This document shows positions 18,927 through 27,485 of a stretch of 64,000 nt of DNA, one piece after another. This DNA is from an uncultured Clostridia bacterium (GTDB lineage Bacteria > Bacillota > Clostridia > Christensenellales > CAG-917). A model generated the notes under the pieces. It was not told the origin of the DNA, searched no databases, and saw nothing but the letters and a program-made list of their open reading frames with translations. Positions within the stretch are counted from its first letter, which is position 1. Each line of letters begins with the position of its first letter. The translations under genes were made by a program, and so were the position numbers. The stretch covers positions 12,016 through 76,015 of the forward strand of contig CALVTS010000005.1 in the NCBI GenBank assembly GCA_944363035.1, read 5' to 3'.

Positions 18927-19532
18927 TTAATCGCGATTTTCCGGTTCGCGGTTTTCCAGTTCGCGGACACGGGCTTCAAGTTCGGCTATTCGCTCGGCGT
19001 TGGTGGGCTTGTGTTCGCGGGGCGGGATGGGGCATTCAGTACGATTTTTATCGTGTACGCAGTAGGCAATCAAAATCAAGGCAATCAAAATGATAATAGC
19101 CAAAGTGAAAAGGAGCAAGAAAACCGAATAAGCAACTTGCTTTGCGACAAGCTCACTTGCCATATTGTCAGTCACGGCACCCAATCCTCGCAATTCGCGG
19201 TACAACACATAAACAAAGAACGCCAAACTTCCCGTTATTATCTTCGGGAATTTAAGCGCAAGAATTACACTCGCGACAGAAAACACGAAAAGTAGCAATG
19301 CAAAAATGGGCGTTATGAAATCCGAATAGGTAAGCCAACAGGCATAAACACCACTAATTCCCATATTCCTTAATGCGTTGCTGTAAACAATGAATTGAGC
19401 AAATAATCCGTTTTGAAAATAGATTAGTTCAAACGGAATAAAGTAAAACGCCAACATGATTAAAGCAAGAGACAATACCGCCCAACGGCGGTTTTTCTCA
19501 TAGTGGTCAAGCAAAGAATTAAAGAACTTCAT
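18927..19532 (-). CDS. Hypothetical multi-TM membrane protein with C-terminal coiled coil
   Basis: ATG after GGAGGTG; about four hydrophobic helices; tail PTNAERIAELEARVRELE; AT-rich. Confidence 0.75.
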   Translation of the reverse strand: MKFFNSLLDHYEKNRRWAVLSLALIMLAFYFIPFELIYFQNGLFAQFIVYSNALRNMGISGVYACWLTYSDFITPIFALLLFVFSVASVILALKFPKIITGSLAFFVYVLYRELRGLGAVTDNMASELVAKQVAYSVFLLLFTLAIIILIALILIAYCVHDKNRTECPIPPREHKPTNAERIAELEARVRELENREPENRD

Positions 19533-19554
19533 AAGCACCTCCCGAGGTACTTTA

Positions 19555-19583
19555 ATTCTACCACAAAAGGAGAGGGAACGCAA
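19555..19583 (-). promoter_or_regulatory. Sigma-A promoter of the membrane protein gene
   Basis: TTGCGT-17 nt-TAGAAT with a TG extension. Confidence 0.6.
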
Positions 19584-19608
19584 TGTTGAGGTCTGTTTTG
19601 AAGCGGTA

Positions 19609-20457
19609 GGTGGGAGGAGGTGTGTGTGCGCCTGTGTGGATCGGGGTCCCCGCAAAGTACCACAGGGAAGCGAGGACGCTTTGTGGGGTATAATGGAGAA
19701 AGCGTCTTGCGGTGCAAGCCGCCGAACCTCGCCGCGGAGTTAGGTGGTCGGAGGTGGATGTTCGCCATAAGGGCAGGGCATTGAAATGGTGGTGTTTTTG
19801 CGAGTGTTACATCGCATCGCAGGCGGTAGAAAAGGGCGAAGGCGTCTTGCGGTGCAAGCCGCCGAACCTGCGCGCATTGAGAATGCCTCCGCTGAGGTTA
19901 AATTATATGGCTAATGACGCATCACGCAATCAGCATACATTTGCGCGCTAGGTTCGCATACCTTGACCTCCTCCCACCAAGCAAAAACCCAGCCGTTTGG
20001 CTGGGCTATTGTTTGGTGGGAGGAGGTGGATTCGAAAGGAGAAAGGCGAGTGCTAACGCACCGCCTTCGACGGAATAGCCGTCTTGCCGTTATCTGATCT
20101 GCGTGCGGAGTTCACGCAGAACGGCAAACGGCGTCAGCGTCGGGTAAGAATCCACCTCTCCAAAATGAGAAAACCGCACTATTCGGTGCGGTTAGGAGGT
20201 GGATGTTCGCCATAAGTGCAGGGCATTGCAAAGGGGAGTGTTTGGCGGGCGTTGCGTCTCATTACGAGCGGTAGGGAAGGGCGAAGGCGTCACGCAGAGC
20301 GTGCCGCCGAACCTGCGCGCATTGAGGAAATGCACGCAAAAGTTAAGTGATCTACTGCGATACATCACGCCAATTGCGCTATTTAGCGCGCATGGTTCGT
20401 CCACCGTTCCTCGCACAAACAAAAACCTCAACCGAATGGTTCGATTGAGGTTTTTGT
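19609..20457 (-). repeat. Array of 3-4 structured repeat units, each carrying a copy of the tRNA-Tyr 3' end; the three tRNA-proximal units are each preceded by a terminator-like hairpin
   Basis: tRNA-3'-end copies at 19609, 19743-19760, 20014-20036 (23/23 identical to 20458-20480) and 20195. Units 19750-20013 and 20195-20457 are homologous, with conserved stems. Confidence 0.85.
19643..19690 (+). repeat. REP-like palindromic element, copy 1
   Basis: ggggtccccgcaaagtaccacagggaagcgaggacgctttgtggggta; an inverted near-identical copy lies at 20549-20596. Confidence 0.8.
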
Positions 20458-20542
<85 letters not shown>

Positions 20543-20548
20543 AAATTT

Positions 20549-20596
20549 TACCCCACAAAGTGTCCTCGCTTCGCTGTGGTACTTTGCGGGGACCCC
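20549..20596 (-). repeat. REP-like palindromic element, copy 2
   Basis: Reverse complement of 19643-19690 with two differences; internal ccccacaaag/ctttgcgggg stem and a GCGAAGC mini-hairpin. Confidence 0.8.
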
Positions 20597-20635
20597 GTCT
20601 TTTTGTCCCACGAAGAGGGCAGTGGGCGAGGTCTG

Positions 20636-20711
20636 TGGAGCTGGTGAACGGAATCGAACCATCAACCTGCTGATTACAAATCAGCTGCTCTGCCTATTGA
20701 GCTACACCAGC
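20636..20711 (-). tRNA. tRNA-Thr (TGT)
   Basis: 76-nt cloverleaf, anticodon arm GCTGA-TTTGTAA-TCAGC, encoded CCA. Confidence 0.97.
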
Positions 20712-20755
20712 GTATTGTCTGTGTGAGGTGAGGTGCGGTCGCGGCACCGGCTTAG

Positions 20756-20831
20756 TGGTGCCTCGGGGCGGACTTGAACCACCGACACAGGGATTTTCAG
20801 TCCCTTGCTCTACCAGCTGAGCTACCGAGGC
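20756..20831 (-). tRNA. tRNA-Phe (GAA)
   Basis: Anticodon arm AGGGA-CTGAAAA-TCCCT, encoded CCA. Confidence 0.97.
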
Positions 20832-20883
20832 ATACGGTCTAGGGAAGTGGCAGTGACCTGGGCCACTGCCACTAGACCTTTTT

Positions 20884-20960
20884 TGGCGATCCGGAAGGGG
20901 CTCGAACCCTCGACCTCCAGCGTGACAGGCTGGCGTACTAACCAACTGTACTACCGGACC
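20884..20960 (-). tRNA. tRNA-Asp (GTC)
   Basis: Anticodon arm CCAGC-CTGTCAC-GCTGG, encoded CCA. Confidence 0.97.
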
Positions 20961-20967
20961 GTATATT

Positions 20968-21044
20968 TGGTGGGCCTTCACGGACTCGAACCGCGGACCA
21001 ATCGGTTATGAGCCGACCGCTCTAACCAACTGAGCTAAAGGCCC
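20968..21044 (-). tRNA. tRNA with CAT anticodon, most likely tRNA-Ile2 (lysidine)
   Basis: GGGCCTTTAGCTCAGTTGGTTAGAGC..GGCTCATAACC resembles Firmicute Ile2 rather than initiator or elongator Met. Confidence 0.9.
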
Positions 21045-21075
21045 TCATCCGGGTGTATCCCATCGTCACGAGTTT

Positions 21076-21152
21076 TGGTCGGGGTGAGAAGATTCGAACT
21101 TCCGACCCCATGGTCCCAAACCATGTGCGCTACCAAGCTGCGCCACACCCCG
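21076..21152 (-). tRNA. tRNA-Pro (TGG)
   Basis: CGGGGTG start, anticodon arm CATGG-TTTGGGA-CCATG, encoded CCA. Confidence 0.97.
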
Positions 21153-21180
21153 TGAGCCGGAATCGATTCGCGACTATGAC

Positions 21181-21209
21181 AATATACAATAAGCGGAAGA
21201 GAATGTCAA
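21181..21209 (-). promoter_or_regulatory. Sigma-A promoter of the tRNA operon
   Basis: TTGACA-17 nt-TATATT, about 28 nt upstream of tRNA-Pro. Confidence 0.8.
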
Positions 21210-21329
21210 CTTTTTTGCGGGAGGTTTTGCGAGATTTTATTGACAAATTCTCCCGAAAGCAGAGCTTCTTCCTCCAAACCTTTCAAAAAGCGCGTTTCGC
21301 AAGGATGTAGCATTGTCCGAGGAGGCTGT

Positions 21330-21638
21330 ATGGATATGGAATGCATACGGGAACGCGACGGACTGACATTTGTGTTCCACGGCGACATCGACGAATACGC
21401 GTGCCGAACGCTGAGAGGCGAGATCGACGGCGAGATCGTGAAACGCTCTCCCTCCGTCGTGATCTTCGACCTTGGTGACGTGAGTTTCGTGGACAGCACG
21501 GGGCTCGGGCTCATTCTGGGCAGATACAAGAAACTGAGCGCCGCGGGCGGCGTCCTGCGGCTCAAAGACGTGCCGCAGCAAGTGGACAAAGTGTTGCGCG
21601 CGAGCGGCGTATATTCCGTTGTGGAGAAGGTGAAATGA
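21330..21638 (+). CDS. spoIIAA: Anti-sigma F factor antagonist
   Basis: STAS domain FVDSTGLGLILGRYK; first gene of the spoIIA operon (alternative ATG at 21336). Confidence 0.93.
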   Translation: MDMECIRERDGLTFVFHGDIDEYACRTLRGEIDGEIVKRSPSVVIFDLGDVSFVDSTGLGLILGRYKKLSAAGGVLRLKDVPQQVDKVLRASGVYSVVEKVK

Positions 21639-22081
21639 ACACGGGAAATCATATGAAAATGCAGATCCCGGCATACGGGAAAAACGAGAGTTTCGCACGC
21701 AACGCCGTGGCGGGATTCGCCGTCGAGTGTTCGCCCACGCTGAGCGAACTCAACGACATCAAAACCGCCGTGAGCGAAGCGGTGACCAATGCGGTGGTGC
21801 ACGCCTACGACGCTGAAAGCGAGGAAAACCTCATCGAGATCGCGGCGGACATCGACGAGGACAACACTCTTACGGTCAGCGTACGCGACTTCGGACGGGG
21901 GATAGAGGACGTGGCGGCGGCGCTCGAACCCTTTTTCACCACCCGACCCGAAGATGAAAGGAGCGGCATGGGATTCACGGTCATCGAGACGTTTATGGAC
22001 GAGTTCAAGGTGGATTCCGCCGTCGGGAAAGGCACTACGGTGGTGATGCGCAAGAGGATCGGCAAAGATGCTGAGTCATGA
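21635..22081 (+). CDS. spoIIAB: Anti-sigma F factor
   Basis: NESFAR, IKTAVSEAVTNAVVHAY, ERSGMGFT. Confidence 0.96.
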   Translation: MNTGNHMKMQIPAYGKNESFARNAVAGFAVECSPTLSELNDIKTAVSEAVTNAVVHAYDAESEENLIEIAADIDEDNTLTVSVRDFGRGIEDVAAALEPFFTTRPEDERSGMGFTVIETFMDEFKVDSAVGKGTTVVMRKRIGKDAES

Positions 22082-22778
22082 CGAGACCATGGCGCTGATA
22101 GCCCGCGCGGGCGAGGGAGACGGCGACGCCAAAACGCGGCTCGTGGAGGAGAATCTTCCTCTCATCAGATCCGTTGTGAAGAAGTTCAAAGGGAGGTCGG
22201 AATACGACGACCTGATGCAACTCGGCTCAATCGGGTTCCTGAAAGCGGTCTCCAATTTCGATCCCTCCTACGGGGTGCGATTTTCCACATACGCCGTACC
22301 CATGATAATGGGTGAGATAAAGAGATTCCTGCGCGACGACGGCGCGGTGAAAGTGTCGCGCTGGGCGAGGGCTCTCGCGCAGAAGATCGCGGCGTATACC
22401 GACGAACGCCTGAAAAACAATCTGCCGGAGCCCACGGTGGATGAGCTTGCCGAAAAATTCGGATGTGAGGCGGGCGACATCGTGTTCGCGCTGGATACGA
22501 GCAAATGCGTCGTCTCCCTCAACGAGAGCGGAGACGAGGACGGCACCCCGCTCGGGGACAGGATACCGGGGGCCGAAGCCCCCGAAGAGGACTTGGACGG
22601 CATCATGCTCCGCGACAGCATATCCGACCTTCCGGAAAGAGAGAAAAAGCTCATCATCCTGCGCTATTTCAGGGACAAGACGCAGAGCGAAGTTGCCGCC
22701 GAACTCGGGGTGTCCCAGGTGCAGGTGAGCAGGCTTGAAAGCAGGATACTCGCAAAGATCCGCGAAAAATTGGAGTGA
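22068..22778 (+). CDS. sigF: Sporulation sigma factor F
   Basis: FSTYAVPMIMGEIKRFLRDDG, TQSEVA..LGVSQVQVSRLE; third gene of spoIIA. Confidence 0.93.
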   Translation: MLSHDETMALIARAGEGDGDAKTRLVEENLPLIRSVVKKFKGRSEYDDLMQLGSIGFLKAVSNFDPSYGVRFSTYAVPMIMGEIKRFLRDDGAVKVSRWARALAQKIAAYTDERLKNNLPEPTVDELAEKFGCEAGDIVFALDTSKCVVSLNESGDEDGTPLGDRIPGAEAPEEDLDGIMLRDSISDLPEREKKLIILRYFRDKTQSEVAAELGVSQVQVSRLESRILAKIREKLE

Positions 22779-22894
22779 GCGCGCGACGATGTCCTCTCCC
22801 TCTGAAAAGTCCGTGGCGATCAAAAAATATCCCGTCGAAAAGTTCCGAAAGCCCGCCCGAAATGAGAGCGCGGAGCAAATGCGCATATAAAGCG

Positions 22895-22924
22895 GAATAT
22901 AACCGCGATATCCGTTCACACTTA
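22895..22924 (+). promoter_or_regulatory. Possible forespore (sigma-G-like) promoter of spoVA
   Basis: GAATA-17 nt-CACACTTA upstream of spoVAC; approximate match only. Confidence 0.35.
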
Positions 22925-23025
22925 TGGTGTGGACGTTTTTTATACCGAAAATCCCGAGACGCACGAAATTTTCTTCGAAAACGAGACTCAGGAAGAGAGC
23001 GCGCGTCCCGAAAGGAAGTGAATGT

Positions 23026-23463
23026 ATGCTCGATAAATCCGACTATCGCGAATATGTTGCCAAAAACGCGCCGAGATCCCCGATGTTGCGTTCTCTTGTC
23101 GCGGCGTTTGTGGTGGGCGGGCTCATTTGCTGTATCGGCGAAGGGATAAAGGACGCCGTATCGGCAATTTTCCCCTCGATGACGGAGGAGGACGCGGGCG
23201 CATGGACGACGATAATACTCATCTTCATAGGCTCATTTCTCACCGCGATCGGGGTGTACGACAAGATAGGCAGATTTGCGGGCGGCGGCTCCATGATACC
23301 GATAACGGGATTTGCAAACTCCGTGGTCTCGCCCGCGTTGGAATACAACCGCGAGGGAGTGTTTTTCGGCATATGCGCGAAGATGTTTGTCATAGCCGGT
23401 CCCATCATAGTTTTCGGCGTGGTGGCGGGAATACTCGCGGGGACGGTAGGGCTTTTTGTATAG
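23026..23463 (+). CDS. spoVAC: Stage V sporulation protein AC
   Basis: AFVVGGLIC, GVYDKIGRFAGGGS.IPITGFANS, KMFVIAGP. Confidence 0.94.
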   Translation: MLDKSDYREYVAKNAPRSPMLRSLVAAFVVGGLICCIGEGIKDAVSAIFPSMTEEDAGAWTTIILIFIGSFLTAIGVYDKIGRFAGGGSMIPITGFANSVVSPALEYNREGVFFGICAKMFVIAGPIIVFGVVAGILAGTVGLFV

Positions 23464-23479
23464 CGAGGCGGTGTGAAGT

Positions 23480-24730
23480 ATGAAACTCGGCAGACAAAGT
23501 TTTGTGAGCGACAGACCCGTGTATCTTTGCTCCTCTTATACGATAGTGGGACCGAAAGAGGGGGACGGCAATTTCGGAGAACTCTTCGACACCGTGCTGA
23601 AAGACGATCTGTGGGGGGAGCGCTCCTACGAAAAGGCGGAAAGCAAGATGCACAGAGAGGCGATACGCGGCGGGATATGCCTCGCGGGGCGCAGGCTTGA
23701 CGAGATAGACCTCATGCTCGCGGGAGATCTCCTCAACGAACTCAGCGCGTCCGGGCTCGCTATGCGCTATTTCAAAGTGCCTTTCGCAGGGCTGTACAAC
23801 GCCTGTTCCACATTCAGCGAAGGGATACTCCTCGGGACGGCGCTCATAGACGGCGGCGCGGCGAATACCGTCACTTGCTCGACATCGAGCCACTTCGCCT
23901 CTGCGGAAAGACAGTATCGTTACCCTTTGGAACTCGGCAATCAGCGCACGCCCACCTCTCAATGGACGGTGACGGGCGCGGGATGCAGCGTATTGAGTTC
24001 GATAAGACCCACGGCGGAAGAGGACGCCGTGAACCGCGCCGACTTTTCCGAGAAGATGAAGTCCATGCGTGAAAATTGCCTCGAATGCGCCAAAAACGAG
24101 GACTCCGAGCGCAAAAACGGAAAGGGGGACGAGGACGCGTTCCCGAGCACGGGAATGAGGTGGGCGGAAAGGATAAAACGCAAAATACTGAAAAAACTGC
24201 GTCCCGACAGCGTCGCCGACCCCGTTTGCGACCCGAATTATAAGCGAAGCCGCGTCGTGAGGATATCGGGAGGCACTTTCGGCAAGGTGACCGACTTCGG
24301 CATAAACGACGAGAGCAACATGGGCGGCGCGATGGCGCCCGCCGCGGCGGACACTCTGCTTGCGCATCTGGCGGATACGGGGCGTTCGGTCGGGGACTAC
24401 GACGCGATCTTCACGGGAGACCTTGGAAGATTCGGAAGCGAGGCTTTTGAGTACATCATGAAAAGGGAAGGGGTGACATTCCCCGGGAATCATCTGGACT
24501 GCGGAGCGCTGTTTTACAAACCCGAACAGGAGACCTTCCAGGGCGGGTCAGGCGCAGGATGCGTCAATACGGTGTTCAATTCCTACATCGTAAAAAGATT
24601 GGAGAGCGGAGAATGGAAGAGGGTGCTCGTGCTGGCGACCGGCGCGCTGTTGAACAAAGACACCCCACTCCAAAAGGAGACGATACCGGGTGTGAGCCAC
24701 GCTTTCGTCGCCGAAAGCGAGCCTCTTTGA
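23480..24730 (+). CDS. spoVAD: Stage V sporulation protein AD (with an internal insertion)
   Basis: VGPKEG.G, AGDLLN, SSHFASAERQYRYPLE, SNMGGAMAPAA, GGSGAGC. Confidence 0.95.
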   Translation: MKLGRQSFVSDRPVYLCSSYTIVGPKEGDGNFGELFDTVLKDDLWGERSYEKAESKMHREAIRGGICLAGRRLDEIDLMLAGDLLNELSASGLAMRYFKVPFAGLYNACSTFSEGILLGTALIDGGAANTVTCSTSSHFASAERQYRYPLELGNQRTPTSQWTVTGAGCSVLSSIRPTAEEDAVNRADFSEKMKSMRENCLECAKNEDSERKNGKGDEDAFPSTGMRWAERIKRKILKKLRPDSVADPVCDPNYKRSRVVRISGGTFGKVTDFGINDESNMGGAMAPAAADTLLAHLADTGRSVGDYDAIFTGDLGRFGSEAFEYIMKREGVTFPGNHLDCGALFYKPEQETFQGGSGAGCVNTVFNSYIVKRLESGEWKRVLVLATGALLNKDTPLQKETIPGVSHAFVAESEPL

Positions 24731-24919
24731 GGGGAGGGAAGTACTCTCGATAATGCCGAAAAGTATTATACTTTAAGCCGAATATGAGAATACTTTTGAG
24801 AAAAAGCCTACTGTTTGCTGAAATATCTCAGAAAAAACAGATGGGACGTGGCGGAGAAGTGAAACTTGAATTTCGTCAGACGGAAAGAGGACCGTCTCTC
24901 GGACATTGAGGGAGAAAGA

Positions 24920-25291
24920 ATGGAAACTTTTCTCGATTATCTGAAAGTGTTCGCCGTGGGCGGAGGATTGTGCGCGGTAGGACAACTGCTCATCAACAAG
25001 ACGGGGATGTCTTCGGCGCGCATACTCGTGCTTTTCATGCTCCTGGGACTTGTCACGGAACTCGTCGGCGCATTTTCCTATATCAAGGGATTTGCGTCGT
25101 CGGGGGTGACCGTGCCCATCACGGGGTTCGGGAGCAATCTCGCAAAGGGCGCGATGCAGGGCGCGAAAGAGGGAGGGGTCCTCGGAGCGGTCGGCGGAGG
25201 ACTGAAAGCGGCGGCGCCGGGGATCTCCGCCGTGATACTTTTCGGTTTTCTTTTCGCGCTGATATTCAGGTCCAAGAGCAAGAAGATATGA
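24920..25291 (+). CDS. spoVAE: Stage V sporulation protein AE
   Basis: YLKVFAVGGGLC..GQ, ARILV, VPITGFG..LAKG. Confidence 0.92.
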   Translation: METFLDYLKVFAVGGGLCAVGQLLINKTGMSSARILVLFMLLGLVTELVGAFSYIKGFASSGVTVPITGFGSNLAKGAMQGAKEGGVLGAVGGGLKAAAPGISAVILFGFLFALIFRSKSKKI

Positions 25292-25325
25292 GATGAAGAA
25301 GATGCGGTGCTATCTCATATTCTTT

Positions 25326-25370
25326 TTTTAGGTCGGATATACCGCCGATTTTAGGTCGGATATACCGCCG
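25326..25370. repeat. Short tandem duplication (23-bp period)
   Basis: ttttaggtcggatataccgccg occurs twice, between convergent spoVAE and yunB. Confidence 0.85.
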
Positions 25371-25398
25371 CGCCATGTCATGGCGAGTTACACTCCGT

Positions 25399-26067
25399 TT
25401 ACGGAGTGAGATCCAAAAACCCGCCGTTTTCCATGGCTTGTCCGAAGTAAAATTCGGGCACATCGCCCACGATCAGGTTTTCCGCCACCAGCACCTCGGC
25501 GGTCACGGTGATGGTAGGCTCGTCGATGGGGGTGATTATGTTTATGACCGCCTGCACGTCGATGTATATCTTGTGCAAAGTCTGATTTATGCCCGCAGAG
25601 GTGAAATAGCTCACGAAATCGCAGAGGGCGGAGCCTATCGGCATGACGCTTATCGTGACCTCGGGACCTATGCCCATGAGGAGAGCCAGACCCGTGAATG
25701 TACCTATCGGTATGGATATCTCCCTCAATCCCAACTCGTCCAGGTTTGCCTGCGCGAGATTTGCTATCTCCCTGGCGACCATGTTTATCTCGGGGGAGTT
25801 TGCCTGCACCATTTCCACATTTCCCGCATCGTCGCGCACCACGCTGAAAAGTTCTTCGTAGTCAAGTCCGCCGCCTACCACCGCGCTGACTGCAAGGTTT
25901 ACGGAATTGGTGCACATCGCGCGCACCTCGGCGACCGCGCTCCCCATGACGGTAGGCACGATATTGCTCCTGAAATAGACGGTACAGAATATGAACGCCG
26001 CGATGAAGAGTATCATGGCGACGGCTACACGGATCATCCCGGGGCGCAGACGTCTGACGTTTTCCAC
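25399..26067 (-). CDS. yunB: Sporulation protein YunB
   Basis: N-terminal TM; IPIGTFTG..LL..GP, FTSAGINQTLHKIY, IVGDVPEFY. Confidence 0.92.
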   Translation of the reverse strand: MENVRRLRPGMIRVAVAMILFIAAFIFCTVYFRSNIVPTVMGSAVAEVRAMCTNSVNLAVSAVVGGGLDYEELFSVVRDDAGNVEMVQANSPEINMVAREIANLAQANLDELGLREISIPIGTFTGLALLMGIGPEVTISVMPIGSALCDFVSYFTSAGINQTLHKIYIDVQAVINIITPIDEPTITVTAEVLVAENLIVGDVPEFYFGQAMENGGFLDLTP

Positions 26068-26367
26068 GCAATATTATATGCCGAAGAGCGGAAAGAGGAC
26101 GACAAAAGCCCACCTCCGCGACCGCGTCGGAAAGGAAAAGGAAATATCCCGAAAAAAGGATGACGGTCATTTCCGAAAAGCATTCCTCTTCCTTTCTGCG
26201 AAGAGTCCTTTTCCTTGCGCTCTCCGATAGCGGGATAGGATGATAGAGAAAAGACCTCTCCTCGGACAAACGGGAGCATCTCCTCGTTGCGTCTTTCTCG
26301 AACGCGGGAGCGGCGAACTTTGAAAGATCCCTTTGCGCGGCTTTTTTTGCGCAAAGCCGAAGTTTTG

Positions 26368-26396
26368 TTGACTATTTTCCACGACTTTGTTATCAT
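26368..26396 (+). promoter_or_regulatory. Sigma-A promoter of pheS
   Basis: TTGACT-17 nt-TATCAT with a TGn extension. Confidence 0.6.
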
Positions 26397-26450
26397 TGTC
26401 AAAGTTATTATCTTCGTGCGCCGACGTGCGCACGCATATACGGAGTTCAC

Positions 26451-27485
26451 ATGAAAGCACAGATCCAAAGCATCAAGCAAGCGGCTCTCGCCGCCGTAGA
26501 AGCGGCTTCGACCACGCAGGAACTCGGCGAGGTCAGAGTGCGTTTTCTCGGCAAGAGCGGAGAGATGACCTCCCTCATGAAAGGGCTGGGCGCGCTCTCC
26601 AAGGAAGAGCGTCCCGAGATGGGCAAGGTCATGAACGAGGCGAGGACGGAGATAGAATCCGCCCTGGAAAAGAAGATAGCGGAGGTCAACGCCCGCGAAA
26701 AGGCGGAGAGGCTCGCCGCCGAAGCGGTGGACGTAACTCTCCCCGGCAAAAAGCCCGCGCGCGGCACTCTTCACCCGATAACCAGGGTGAGAGAGGACAT
26801 CGTTAAGGTCTTTCTCGGCATGGGGTTCGAGGTGGCGGAAGGTCCAGAAATAGAGAGCGACCTTTACAATTTCCAGCTCCTCAACGTCCCGAAAGATCAT
26901 CCCGCACGCGATATGCAGGACACTTTCTACGTCAACGATTCTTACGTGCTCCGCACGCACACCTCTCCCATGCAGGCGCGCATGATGACCACGCGCAAAC
27001 CTCCCATCCGAGTCGTCATACCCGGGAGAGTGTACCGCTCTGACGACGACGCGTCCCATAGCCCCATCTTCCACCAGATAGAGGGGCTGGCGATAGACAA
27101 ACACATCACCCTCGGAGACCTCGAAGGCTGCCTCACCGCGTTCGCGCAACAGATGTTTTCCCGGGACACGCAGATAAGACTGCGTCCCTCCTATTTCCCC
27201 TTCACCGAACCCTCCGTGGAGGTGGACGTCACCTGCGCCATATGCGGCGGTAAAGGATGCAGAGTGTGCAAAGGCACGGGCTGGGTTGAGATACTCGGCG
27301 CGGGCGTGGTCAATCCCACGGTGCTGGATATGTGCGGAATCGACAGCAAGGTGTACGGCGGATTCGCTTTCGGGCTCGGGCTCGAACGCATAGCGATGAT
27401 AAAATACGGCATCCCCAACATCAAACTCTTTTACGAAAACGACGTCAGATTTTTAAGACAATTCAACGGGGAGGTGGAAAAATAA
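26451..27485 (+). CDS. pheS: Phenylalanine-tRNA ligase alpha subunit
   Basis: HPARDMQDTFY, LRTHTSP, RPSYFPFTEPS, GFAFGLGLERIAM. Confidence 0.98.
   Translation: MKAQIQSIKQAALAAVEAASTTQELGEVRVRFLGKSGEMTSLMKGLGALSKEERPEMGKVMNEARTEIESALEKKIAEVNAREKAERLAAEAVDVTLPGKKPARGTLHPITRVREDIVKVFLGMGFEVAEGPEIESDLYNFQLLNVPKDHPARDMQDTFYVNDSYVLRTHTSPMQARMMTTRKPPIRVVIPGRVYRSDDDASHSPIFHQIEGLAIDKHITLGDLEGCLTAFAQQMFSRDTQIRLRPSYFPFTEPSVEVDVTCAICGGKGCRVCKGTGWVEILGAGVVNPTVLDMCGIDSKVYGGFAFGLGLERIAMIKYGIPNIKLFYENDVRFLRQFNGEVEK

Noticed and set aside
26068-26450. T-box leader before pheS
   Set aside because: No T-box consensus or terminator is recognisable, and a good promoter lies only ~55 nt from the start codon.
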